Below the pieces are notes generated by a model that saw nothing but the letters and a program-made list of their open reading frames with translations, did not search any database and was not told the DNA's origin. Position numbers and translations under genes: made by a program. A stretch of 63,188 nucleotides of DNA, filler included, from Stramenopiles sp. TOSAG23-2 (taxonomy: Eukaryota), in assembly GCA_900128395.1 (NCBI GenBank). It is 17 parts of 17 records of this genome, joined end to end, with 100 filler letters (N's around TTAATTAATTAA, not from the genome) between each part and the next. Parts side by side here need not be neighbours in the genome. Positions count along the whole stretch, not along the records: positions 33,655 to 37,273 come from LT651149.1; positions 37,374 to 40,988 come from LT651150.1; positions 41,089 to 44,700 come from LT651151.1; positions 44,801 to 48,405 come from LT651152.1; 13 more parts are not named here. The stretch is one strand, 5' to 3'. Below are positions 33,816-45,500 of the stretch, piece after piece. The stretch's first letter is position 1, and the number at the start of each line of letters is the position of its first letter.

Positions 33816-36800
33816 TCACATACAACAACAACATCCACGATCATATCCATTTTCATAACTTTTTTTCTTTGCTTGATCTAACATTTTTTTAAACGTTGGT
33901 GAATGTTCATTCACTTTTGCTTGTGCTTTTTCCTTTGTCTGTTTCATTACTTCTAGTTCTAATTCTTTACGTCTATAAATATTTTCCATATGAAGTATTT
34001 TTTCATCCATGAAATTAACACCTTCCATGATTTCTTCATTTATTACAAAAATGGCTTTTAAATATTTACCACTCCATAATCCAACTCTTGATTCATCAAA
34101 TGCTAATTCATCTGCTTGTTGAAATGTATTATTTTTATATTGTTCCATATTATCTTCAATCGTTTCAAAGACATTTTTACTACTTTTACCACCATCCTCA
34201 CTTTTAATTTTACCATATAAATTAATACAACGTTCTTTTTCTGAATTATATAAAAAATCGAAAAACATGTGCGCTATGTATATATATATATAATTTATTT
34301 ATCATCTGTTAGAGAAAATATATACATATATATTGACGAATATGAAACACAAGATATTTTTATGATTACTTACTATACATTTGTGTACCCAAAAATATTA
34401 ACATGTTTTCATTAAATTCAAATGCCTGTGGATTTTGTTGCATAATTTGATAAATACTATCTAAAAATTGCTATATTATTAAATAGTATTGCAAACAAAT
34501 ATATATATAAAAATGTTAGATTTTTTCAAAAAAGTAGAATGTTATATATATATGACTTACAATAAAAATTGGAGATGCTTCTTGTATATTTTGTCCATAA
34601 CCACCACGATCTCGAAATTTATGACCAAATGCACAAAAATCTTTCGCTACTAAAGTGCAAAAACCAGTAATCGTACGATAATATGGTTCTGCAAATATTT
34701 GTATAAGTGATGAAACTTGTGCAGTACGATCCCAACCATCACTACAATGTACTAAAATGGCAAATCCATTTTTCAATTTATCATACCCTATTAAACCTGC
34801 TCTAACAGTCAGTTTGACATGTTTAAACCAACTACTTTCTTCCATTTTTTTCGTCCAATGAGCAACATGAACAGATTGTCGCTTTCGTCTTATTTTTTTC
34901 TTGCTTTTTTCAATGACTTTTTCGGAGTTTTGTTTTGCTACATCATCATCCTTATCGTGAAGAGGGTTTGTAGTTGTATCACTTGTCGTACTATCTATTT
35001 TTTTACTACCAATACTACCATTATCATCACTATTATCTCCATCCAACCCCTCCTCCTCCGCCGTTGCTTCCATTTCATCTTCTTCTATATTATGATGATT
35101 ATGATCAATAATTTTTCTTGATAACTCTCTTAAACTTTTTCTCATTGCATGTATATTACTAATTTTACAATAATGAATCGATGCATTTAACGTTTTCTCA
35201 TCGTTATACCAATCTACTTGCTCTGTACCACCACCAGCAACTGAATTCGTATTTGCTATTAATCTAGAACGACAATCAATGATTAAAATTTCTTTTTTCT
35301 TCTCTTCATTTACACCACGTGTAGTTTCAACCACTTTTTTAATCAATTCAATATCCTCTTGACTTTTACGAAATCCACCGATACCTGCTTTCGGTTGCGA
35401 GCTGCGACATATGACACCACCAGATTTACTAGACCAATAAGTTAATGTAGGTATACGATTTTTTTTACGAAATTTAGCAGCCTCATTAATTGTCTCATCC
35501 GATACATTGCTTGGAAAATACAATACATCTGGATATGTATCACATAATCGATTTTTAATTGGTTTATTTAAATCTGATTTTTTCCATTGTTTTGAATCAT
35601 CTTGCGAATCTTTAAATTGACGTTGAAATTCAGTTGTTAATGAAAATTTTTCTTTATAAATATCATCACCTTGGAGTAATGCACTGGTAGATAAATCGTT
35701 TTCTTTTTGATCAACTACTTCAACTTCTTCATCATCATCTTCTTCTTCTGGTACTTTACTTTCATCTTTCTCCTCTGCATGATTACGTAATCCTGTATTA
35801 TCACGATAATAAAAATTATCTTCTTGTAAACACCAAAACACATGATCTGCTAATAAATTTATAGCAGATTTCGTTTCTGCTCCATATCCTTTTGTACTAT
35901 CACTTGCTTCTGCAAACAGATATAATTCAAAATTTCTTAAATCATGTGTAACTAAATTTAAAATGGTTCTTGATCGATTCAATTGTACACTCTTTATTGC
36001 ACCTACGTAAATTTGTACTACTTTATCTTTAATTTTCGGTATCAATACTTTCTCCATATTGTCATTATTATCACTATTATTATCATCATTATCATTATTA
36101 TTACTATGCCGATCTTTTGGTATGAAAACAATACGATGGGTGGTAACTAATAAATGTCCATGACGTACAACTAAATGTTTACTACCTTTTCCACTTTTAT
36201 TTTTAATCGTGTCTCGTCCACGATTTGTAATGAATGTACCATTTAAATATACATTTCGTATTAATTGTACTATTTGCTCATGTTTAATTTCGTTGGAATA
36301 GAGGTTTGGTACCTGTTTGTTGTTGTGGTGTGTGTGTGTGCGTGTGTGTGTTAGTATTTTCTGTTTTTTGTTGTTGTTGGTAGATATTTTTTTTATATTA
36401 TAAGAAACTACGTACCAATTTTAAATACATATTCTCCTCTGTTATTGTTTTTAAATGTAATAAATTTAAATTCTCTTCATTTGTTTCATAATTTAAAAAT
36501 ACAGATAATGCATCACGATTATCATCTGTTTCGATTATAGATGGTGGTTGAAATTCTATTAATATTTTACCAGCATATTCAGTATTATGATATTTTTCAA
36601 CATGACCTTCTTCTACATCTTCTTCTTTAATTGTTCGTGGTAAAAATAATGAAAACCATTCTTTCATATTATTATTATTATTAATATCATTACTTGGATC
36701 CGTTGTTGTTCTTACAAAATAATGCAACGGAATACGGGCATATCCAATTAAATCATCACTAGGATTAAAATCAATATGGCAACCATTTGTAACTATTTGG

Positions 36801-37186
36801 TCATGATCCCATAATTCCATTACAACATGTAAAGGATATCTATTTGATAAAATTTGTTGACTTAGTTGTTTAATATTAAATTTAAACGTTTCATTCCAAG
36901 TTGGATTTAACGTTTGCACTTTAAAACTAGTTTTGAACAAAGTTTTTGTATGTAAATTTCCCCAATGTAAATTATTATTACAAACTGTACCAATAGAAAA
37001 CTTTACATATGGATCCGATTTACCCGTTGAATCTGCTTTTACAATATCCTTTGCTTTAACAACTTTTACCGTGCAATTATGTTGTTTATCAATGGTATTG
37101 TTAATATTATTAGTATTGGTGGTGATAGTGTTGAAAATGTTGGTTGTAGGAGTGGTGGTGGTAGTATTATCAGTTGGTTCCATCAT
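33816..37186 (-). CDS. Active myotubularin-family phosphoinositide phosphatase with N-terminal C2 and GRAM domains; 4 exons (36416-37186, 34561-36312, 34374-34470, 33816-34273)
   Basis: C2: DSTGKSDPYV, TLNPTWNETF, WDHD, DDLIG. GRAM-like GHLLVTTHRIVF. MTM: LCDTYP, RSSQP, HCSDGWDRTAQ, FGHKF, QFLD..YQI..QNPQAFEFNE, FLYNSEKER. Three GT-AG introns (36313-36415, 34471-34560, 34274-34373) restore one frame. Ends GCCCCM*. Confidence 0.9.
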
Positions 37187-38112
37187 GTTTGATCCAATGG
37201 TTCGATTTCAAGGTTGAATAAATGCTATTGTTTCAAGATAAATAAATTAAATATATCTATCTATATATTTATANNNNNNNNNNNNNNNNNNNNNNNNNNN
37301 NNNNNNNNNNNNNNNNNTTAATTAATTAANNNNNNNNNNNNNNNNNNNNNNNNNNNNNNNNNNNNNNNNNNNNAATATATGAAAAATAAAATTGGCATTT
37401 TAGAAAACGATATTTACATATTTCCTATCCCCAGTTTCTAATAATCATCGTCGAAATCCTGGAAATCCCCTTACCCTGTTCCACAATAATTTTGATTATG
37501 GTAGAATATGTACAACCGCCATGTATACTTTCACTACCTATATGATTGCATTAAGGCATTAGCTCTTAGCTCTTAGTTCTTCGCTGCGCTCATATTTTAA
37601 GGTATGGGCTGTAGTAGCAGGGAAGAACGAAGGGAATCGAGTAGCTAAATGAATTATTTGACCTTGTGGATTGCATGAGGCAAATAAAATGTATTATATA
37701 ATTTATACTACCACTGCAGGTACTAGACGTGCAGACGACTATTAGCAATCCAGCAATCCAGGCAATCTTCTGGCAATCTGGCAATGCACCCAATCTAGCA
37801 ATAATACGATAAAATATTATATATGCACATATATATATAAATAATTTCAATTATATACACAAGTATCTATATATATTAATACAATAATAATATATCCCTC
37901 AATAACAATAATATTATTCAGGCTCGAAAAAAACAAAAATATGAAAGCAACATATGATGANNNNNNNNNNNNNNNNNNNNNNNNNNNNNNNNNNATAATA
38001 AGAATTATATAATTTCAATTATATACACAAATATATATCTATATATATTAATACAATAATAATATATCCCTCAATAACAATAATATTATTCAGGCTCGAA
38101 AAAAACAAAAAT

Positions 38113-39072
38113 ATGAAAGCAACATATGATGATAATAATAATAATAATAATAAAAAAAATGTAGTTAATAAAAATAACAAAAAAGTCAATAATAATAATG
38201 TAAATATCAACTCTGCATACAAAAGATTTCAAAGCGCAGTTTCGTTAGAAAGGTTGAATACAAAAAGTGGTCATCTTATTTCTTATTATGATTATGGGCC
38301 AAAAAGTAAAGATATGCCACCACTTGTTTGTATACATGGTATTGCTTCCAATCCAGGTATATTTTTCAAACAAATAGTATCTTTAGCTGCACGTGGTTAT
38401 CGAGTCCTATCATTTTCGTTACCTATTGTCTATGATCAACAAGTTTGTACCAATATTTTAAACGAATGCTTAGATCAATTAAAATTATACATGACTGTAC
38501 ATATTTGGGGTTGTGGCTTGGGTGGATTTATTGCACAGTTGTTTGCTGTGCGCTTTCCCCGTAGAATCGAATCGCTAATTTTAACAAACACGTTTTGTGA
38601 TACATCATATTACTACAACTCTATCGGTGGAGGATTTATGCCAGTCAGTAGTATTACATGGATGCCATTAAGTATTTTAAAAGGAATGATCTTAAAAGAT
38701 ATTGAAAGTGGTATAAATGTGAATAGCAAAAAAAACGATTCGAATGTCATGGAGAGTATTGATTTTATTTTGGATAAATTAGAATTAACCACCAATCAAG
38801 AAACGTTGGCATCTAGGATCACTTTGAATAGCATACATACTAAAATTGGGGCTTTAAAAGCTATTGAACATGAGAAAATAAGTTTATTAGATACATTAGA
38901 TCGATCTGCAGTTTCATTGGAATTGTCCAATCAATTATGTACACTTTACCCAAATTGTAAACAAGCCTTTTTAAAAGATGGCGGTGACTTTCCACAATTA
39001 AGTAGATGTGATGAAATTACGATGCATTTATTAGTACATTTACGAAGATGGGATCCAAAATCAAGTACATGA
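38113..39072 (+). CDS. SPG21: Maspardin (alpha/beta-hydrolase fold)
   Basis: YDYGPK..PPLVC, FFKQI..L..RGYRV, LGGFIAQ, SLILTNTFCDT, LASRITLN and YPNCKQAFLKDGGDFPQLSR. Confidence 0.9.
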   Translation: MKATYDDNNNNNNKKNVVNKNNKKVNNNNVNINSAYKRFQSAVSLERLNTKSGHLISYYDYGPKSKDMPPLVCIHGIASNPGIFFKQIVSLAARGYRVLSFSLPIVYDQQVCTNILNECLDQLKLYMTVHIWGCGLGGFIAQLFAVRFPRRIESLILTNTFCDTSYYYNSIGGGFMPVSSITWMPLSILKGMILKDIESGINVNSKKNDSNVMESIDFILDKLELTTNQETLASRITLNSIHTKIGALKAIEHEKISLLDTLDRSAVSLELSNQLCTLYPNCKQAFLKDGGDFPQLSRCDEITMHLLVHLRRWDPKSST

Positions 39073-39357
39073 AAACATAAGATATGTATTTATATAATAT
39101 ATGAGTAAGAGAACATTTTATATATATATGATATATGATATGCACACAAATAGGGTTCCTATTAGTAATATAATTTTTAGCAGGTAAATATGTTATTAGT
39201 ACATTTACGAAGATGGGATCCAAAATCAAGTACATGAAAACATAAGATATGTATTTATATAATATATGAGTAAGAGAACATTTTATATATATATGATATA
39301 TGATATGCACACAAATAGGGTTCCTATTAGTAATATAATTTTTAGCAGGTAAATATG
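39028..39357. repeat. 165-bp perfect tandem duplication covering the maspardin 3' end; one of four local duplications on this scaffold
   Basis: Units at 39028 and 39193. Others: ~37841-37960 vs ~38010-38131 and 39464-39544 vs 39594-39674 (each flanking an internal N gap), and 137-bp units at 40495 and 40632. Confidence 0.85.
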
Positions 39358-39695
39358 CACTACTAGTAGTGTCGAGTATAAAGATATAGGAAAATCTGCA
39401 TGGCAAGTAAAAATTTAAATTTTTTAATTGTGATTAGTGTTAATAATTCTAATAATTATAATTTCGGCCCAAAAAAAAAAAACACGTGCCGCCTATATCT
39501 TTTGTACTAGACACTACGAAATATATTAGCATGTAAAAATTATAGTNNNNNNNNNNNNNNNNNNNNNNNNNNNNNNNNNNNNNNNNNNNNNNNTCGGCCC
39601 AAAAAAAAAAAACACGTGCCGTCTATATCTTTTGTACTAGACACTACGAAATATATTAGCATGTAAAAATTATATCCAACATCAACACCAACACA

Positions 39696-40526
39696 CTATG
39701 TGATATAATAATAAATGGTTCTTGTATTTTTCACATTTGGTGTATATATTTTTTTTGGCTTCCAGTTTTGTGGAGGCTTATTCGGTAATTTAAATTGGAC
39801 GGCAATAATTTTTGTACCAGGTTTGACACGACTTCGCAACGTTTTGCCGATTTGTTCCATCGCTTCATGAAACAAATAGCATAAAACTACAGTTGCGTTT
39901 GATATGTCACTTGTTAACACACTTTCATTTTTAATTTCAATGAAATCATTTAAATTATTTTTCTTTACATTTTCATTTGCAAGTTTTAATCGATTCTCTT
40001 CAATTTCTAACCCGATTGATTTACATTTAAATAATTGAGTGGCGCGACACAGCCATCTGCCATCCCCACAACCTAAATCATAAAAGATATCATTTGCATT
40101 TATTTTGATTTGCGAAAGAGCTAGATCAATGATACTGTCTGGGGATGGACTTATTGGTGATATTAACTTTGTTCCTTTTGCCGTTTTCTCCCATTTCGCT
40201 TTAGCTACACTTTTTATACGTTTGAAAATTTTTTTCATTCTATACTCTTTCATTCCTACTTCATATACTGTTCGCAACAATGCTAAATATTCATATGGCG
40301 TAACCTTGACTTTTTTTTCCATTACGATAGGTTGGTTTTCTTTTGAAGCTTTGTATTTTTTTAGACGTAAATAAGATTTTAACAATTCTAATTTCACACA
40401 CATTCCATTTCTATCTGATATAATTAACCATACCAAAGGTAATTCACTTTTAATTCGTTCCGTATATATGTATGTACGATATGGCACGTACATAGATATT
40501 CTTGTTGTATATGGTATTATATCCAT
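39696..40526 (-). CDS. Class I SAM-dependent methyltransferase (FAM173/ATPSCKMT-like)
   Basis: PISPSP, motif I FYDLGCGDGR, GLEIE, ATVVLCYL and KPGTKIIAVQFKLP. Confidence 0.8.
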   Translation of the reverse strand: MDIIPYTTRISMYVPYRTYIYTERIKSELPLVWLIISDRNGMCVKLELLKSYLRLKKYKASKENQPIVMEKKVKVTPYEYLALLRTVYEVGMKEYRMKKIFKRIKSVAKAKWEKTAKGTKLISPISPSPDSIIDLALSQIKINANDIFYDLGCGDGRWLCRATQLFKCKSIGLEIEENRLKLANENVKKNNLNDFIEIKNESVLTSDISNATVVLCYLFHEAMEQIGKTLRSRVKPGTKIIAVQFKLPNKPPQNWKPKKIYTPNVKNTRTIYYYIT

Positions 40527-41399
40527 TTTAATTTCTTTTTCATTGTCGTTTATAATTTTCTTTTCATATATATATACGTATATATATATATAAACGTTTG
40601 TATATGCAGTACTATATCGTCTATGAGTACTGATATTCTTGTTGTATATGGTATTATATCCATTTTAATTTCTTTTTCATTGTCGTTTATAATTTTCTTT
40701 TCATATATATATACGTATATATATATATAAACGTTTGTATATGCAGTACTATATCGTCTATGAGTACTTATATATTATTATATAAAAAAAGGTCGGTAAT
40801 CTGTCCGGGGTCCGGGGGAAGTTTTAAGGTACAATAATCGGACGGCCATTGTATGGCCGGTCCGTAGTAGACGACAATAGACGTTAAAAAAAAGCACATT
40901 GTTGTTGGTGGTTTGAAATATATAAATCTAGCCTAGAATAAACGATATAGACTAGATATATATATATATATGTCCCAATAGTCAATAANNNNNNNNNNNN
41001 NNNNNNNNNNNNNNNNNNNNNNNNNNNNNNNNTTAATTAATTAANNNNNNNNNNNNNNNNNNNNNNNNNNNNNNNNNNNNNNNNNNNNTCAGAAATGTTA
41101 TACACACGACGGCAGCGCATTTAGCTATTGGTGTCACCACACACACATGTTATGTGAAATCAGACACATATTCTCTCTTCTACCACGCACCATGCGTTAT
41201 GTAAAATCAGACATATATTCTCTCTCTCTCTCTCTCTCCATTACGCACCATGTTTCAAAAAAATATGCATTTTAATATATTAATATACATACCCAAACAC
41301 ACATATATTTGTTCACATTTGTTCCTATACTACTCCACACCTCGCCATTTTCCCATTCTTTTGTCCCCCCCCCCACCTTTTTTTTTGTTTTATATTCGT

Positions 41400-44300
41400 T
41401 TACGGTGCAAACCCAACAATCGTTGGTTTCCCTGGTAATGCATTTTCAATTAAATCACTTTTCATTCCTTCGATTTTTTTCAATTCATCCTCACTTGCCG
41501 TATTTAAAAAGATTTCAAATCCATTTTTCAATTCTAAACTTTTCTCCATATATTGTTTATTTTCTTTTAAAATTTCAATTTCATCAAATGGCAATTTTGG
41601 CAACAATGCATTTGGACCAACCACTTTCACTTCGTTAATAATAAATGCAGCAACTTTCATTAACATTTTTCCTTCTGCTTTTAATTGTTCCGATTTTTGT
41701 ACCATTGGCATTAATTGTTTAATACTTGTTTTTGGAAAGGATTGATCGTTGTCGTTATAAATATTTGTTAATAATTCCAACAATTCAATTCTCCATGGTG
41801 CATATGTTAATCCAACGTAAACATATGCTTGCGTTGGTTTTACATATGGTTTCTCCGGTGCTGCATCTGCACCACCTTTCTTTTTCTTTTTCTTTTTTTT
41901 CTTCTTTGGTGGTGCTAATGATTTTCTAAATGAATCAATCGTATCCATAACATATTTTTGTATTTGCGTGACGACGATATCCATTTCCATCGTTTCTGGC
42001 CATAATGCTTTTGTAATACTTGTCGTATTACCTAATACATCCATCCATACATATTCACACCAATGGGAACATATTGGACTTAACATGATGACGTAGACAT
42101 CAATAAAGCGTTTTAATACATCTTCATGCATTGATAAATTTGCTAATTTATGATAATTCACATATTGATTTCTAGCATTACCCATTTCATAAAAACATGC
42201 TTTTAATGCATTTTTAAATTGTTGCCTGGAATAATATTGATCGCTATCAACAATATATTCATTCATTTTCGTATGGAAAAATTTATCCATCGTCGTCAAT
42301 GGCGTTCCACTTTTTCTTAATTCGATATCATTTAAACCTTTAATACCTTTGCCTGCATTTAATACTTCTTCAATCCATGCTAAATCTTGCGTTAAACGTA
42401 AAATTGCCATCTATAATACGTATGTATATATATATATATATTGTAATAAAATTGTAATAAAATTGTTTGTTAGCAAATGAAAAGAAAATGGTTTTCATTG
42501 GTGTGAGTGTATATATATATATATATTAATAATATCAGTTCTGAGTGTATATATATATTAGTTCTGAGTGTATATATATATATATATACATAATATCAAC
42601 TTACATTTGCTGTTTCCGATTCAAAATTAGAATCATCATTTGTATCTCCACCATCAGCTAATGCTAAACGTACGGCATCCGTACTCCATGCTTGTGCTTT
42701 CCATTCCAACGCACCATTACCACTTTGACGATGATGTACATTATTACTTGTAATCGCATTGGATAAAGAAATGAAATTCCCTTTGCCTTTCGACATTTTC
42801 GTACCATCAACCATTACATGGCCATTCGTGAAATACGATTTTGGCCACATATGTGGTTGATTTTCCCAAATAGCAGCATGGTTATACAATGCCATGGTTA
42901 AATGATTACGTATTAAATCTTTACCACTAACACGTAAATCCATTGGATACCAATACATAAATTCATGTCGTAATTTTGGTAATTGCGTTTTTAACGTTTC
43001 CGATGTACCATCCGCATCCGGCAATGGACCATTGCAAAATACATATTCAAAACATGCATCGGTTAATTCATCAGAGGTAATACCACTTGGCCCCGTTTTT
43101 TGACCATTCATATTATTTTCCCCTTGTAAAAAATGTGCAATGGTATAATATGCCATGTAAATCGTAGAATCAGATAATGATTCAATGACAAATTGTTCAT
43201 CCCATGGCAATCTTGTACCAAGTCCAAAATTACGGGAACATGCCCAATTACCAAGCCAATTCAACGTATTGACGTATTGTTTTAATGATGAATCTGCATA
43301 TGCATCAAATGCATTTGTTTGTTGCACATGGTTCAATACGCTATCTCTCCATTTCTCTTCGCCATATTTTAAATACCATTGGTCTAAAAATGCAACGACG
43401 CATTCATCGCCACTTCGCGATACAACGAGTCCTTCTGGCTCCCAATAGGCACATGCTTGTCCATTTTGAATCATTTCTTTTCGTACAAATGGTTTTGCAT
43501 CTTTTACTAATTGTCCTTTTGCACTACCAACTTGCATGACACCTTGATAAAACCCTTTATTGTATACTGCTTTTTTAATTTTAATCAACTTTTTTTTATC
43601 ATGTTGATTTTTCACTTTCAACACTTCGCAACCAGTAACAGCAGCACATTCACCCCAATCTTCGATTTTTAAATCTTCCTCACCACCTGGTATTTTAATA
43701 ATTGGCACGACATCGAAATTGACCATTTCATCCGTAATCATTGGAAATTTATCACGTATACCATTTTCATTACGTTGCAAATCTCGTAATGCAATATAAT
43801 CATCCGGTGCATCAGATGGAACACTCGTAACTACACCTGTACCTTTACCCATACTAATACTTAATAATGGCAATGTATATACGATTGGATACGTAGCATT
43901 TGGTGCATTTAATGCTAAACCAATTAATGATAAACCTTTAAACGTTTTACCAACTTGTTCCACTTTTCCACGTGTTTCCGTCATATCTTGATACGACATA
44001 TTTAATGCACTACGTTTGGAGCAAATGAATATTTCATTGTTTTTCATTTGATAACAACCATAATCACCATCTGGTAAAATGAAACAATTTGTTTGTCCAT
44101 ACATTGTTTCTGGACGTAATGTTGCAGCAACTAAATATACGTTCGTATCTGCTGTCCCGTCCATCGTAGTAGATATACGTTTGTTTAAATCATTTAAATC
44201 ATTTACTTTGATTTTAATCAATGTATATTCTTGTGGATTTACACCTTCCCCTTCATCACGTGCATGATCTGCACATGCTTGGCCTTGACTAATGGAATAA

Positions 44301-44700
44301 ATCGTTGGACGATTACCAAAATCAACATAATTGCTTTCTTTCAATTTGCGAAATTGCCATCGTATGAATTTATCATAATATGGATTTAAACTAGTAGTAA
44401 TGAAACTACGTCGCCAATCTGTATGTAAACCAAATTGTTTTAAATCTTGTTGTCCATATGGTGGGAAAAATTTCAACCAATATTCTGCATCTGTGAATTT
44501 TGGTATTTCATCTAAAGGTATATTTAACATGACCATGATTTCCCATTGTTTTTTTTTACCAGTTTTTGCAACTAATTTCGTTTTTTTACCTTTATGTTTC
44601 CCTATGTTCGTATCAACACCTTGTGCTTTTTGCTCTGCTAGTAATTTCATTTCTGCTAATTTAGCAGCAAGTTCTTCCTCTGTTTCAAATTTACCAGCAC
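41400..44700 (-). CDS. LARS1: Cytosolic leucyl-tRNA synthetase, 5'-truncated; intron 42411-42604
   Basis: DWRRSFITT, CADHAR.EGEGV.PQEY, ATLRPETMYGQTN, GTGVVTSVPSDAPDD (CP1 editing domain), WACSR.FGLGTRLPWD, SGKDLI.NHL and KMSKG. A phase-0 GTAAGT...TAG intron joins ETAN to MAILRL. Confidence 0.96.
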
Positions 44701-45077
44701 NNNNNNNNNNNNNNNNNNNNNNNNNNNNNNNNNNNNNNNNNNNNTTAATTAATTAANNNNNNNNNNNNNNNNNNNNNNNNNNNNNNNNNNNNNNNNNNNN
44801 AAATGGTGAATATGTAGGAGAAGATAATGGTGATTTAAATCATTAAAATTTTTTCTTTTAAATTTTTTTAAAAATACACGTGTTCATAAATCTCTCCACA
44901 ATATAACATATTTTTATAAAAAGGAACACATAGCTCTAGAGAAGCAAGTTATATTTAAACACGACGCACACTCTCTTCTATCTATATACACACCTCCTCT
45001 TCTATATATAGTTGCGTGTACATCATCAAAAACATACTGTATGATATCTCCTTTTATCAAATATATATATATATATA

Positions 45078-45452
45078 TTACCGCATTCTCCGTCGTTTAG
45101 ATTCGTCATTATTATTATTATCACCATCAAGATTAGCACCACGAAGTTTAGTTTCAACATCGCCAACCCAAGTATTACGATATTGTTGTACATCGTCCCA
45201 CGTGTTTGAACCAATTAATTTCGTCCAATGATCCAATGCATCGCCTGTTTTCGCAACGTTTTTAATAACCAACTGGCGAAATTCGTTATCATCAATATCA
45301 TCATAATCAGTAAACCATGGATCCTCTAAACATTCTGCGATTGTTGGACGTTGTGCTTTATCCGTAGCTGTCATTCTGGCAACTAAAGAAGCTGCTTTTT
45401 TCAAAGTAAAAGTCGGAACAATTTTTCGGTGATAGGAATAATTAGACGACAA
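45078..45452 (-). pseudogene. Isolated protein-kinase C-lobe fragment (subdomain XI) plus tail
   Basis: AASLVARMT......RPTIAECLEDPWF. No upstream kinase subdomains fit in the ~50 bp separating it from the preceding ORF. Confidence 0.6.
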
Positions 45453-45500
45453 CTATGCATTTTAGGATTTTTGGTATTGTATCATATATATAGGGATATA

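Noticed and set aside
24-39357. Recurring TAGCAGG(T/G/C)AAATA word (~24, 11798, 12344, 14437, 21647, 39178)
   Set aside because: It occurs in both 5' and 3' flanks and some copies come from the repeats already described. There are too few independent instances to claim a function.
37841-40768. Four local duplications around maspardin and the methyltransferase
   Set aside because: They are identical or near-identical, and two flank internal N gaps. Scaffolding or haplotype artefacts explain them best.
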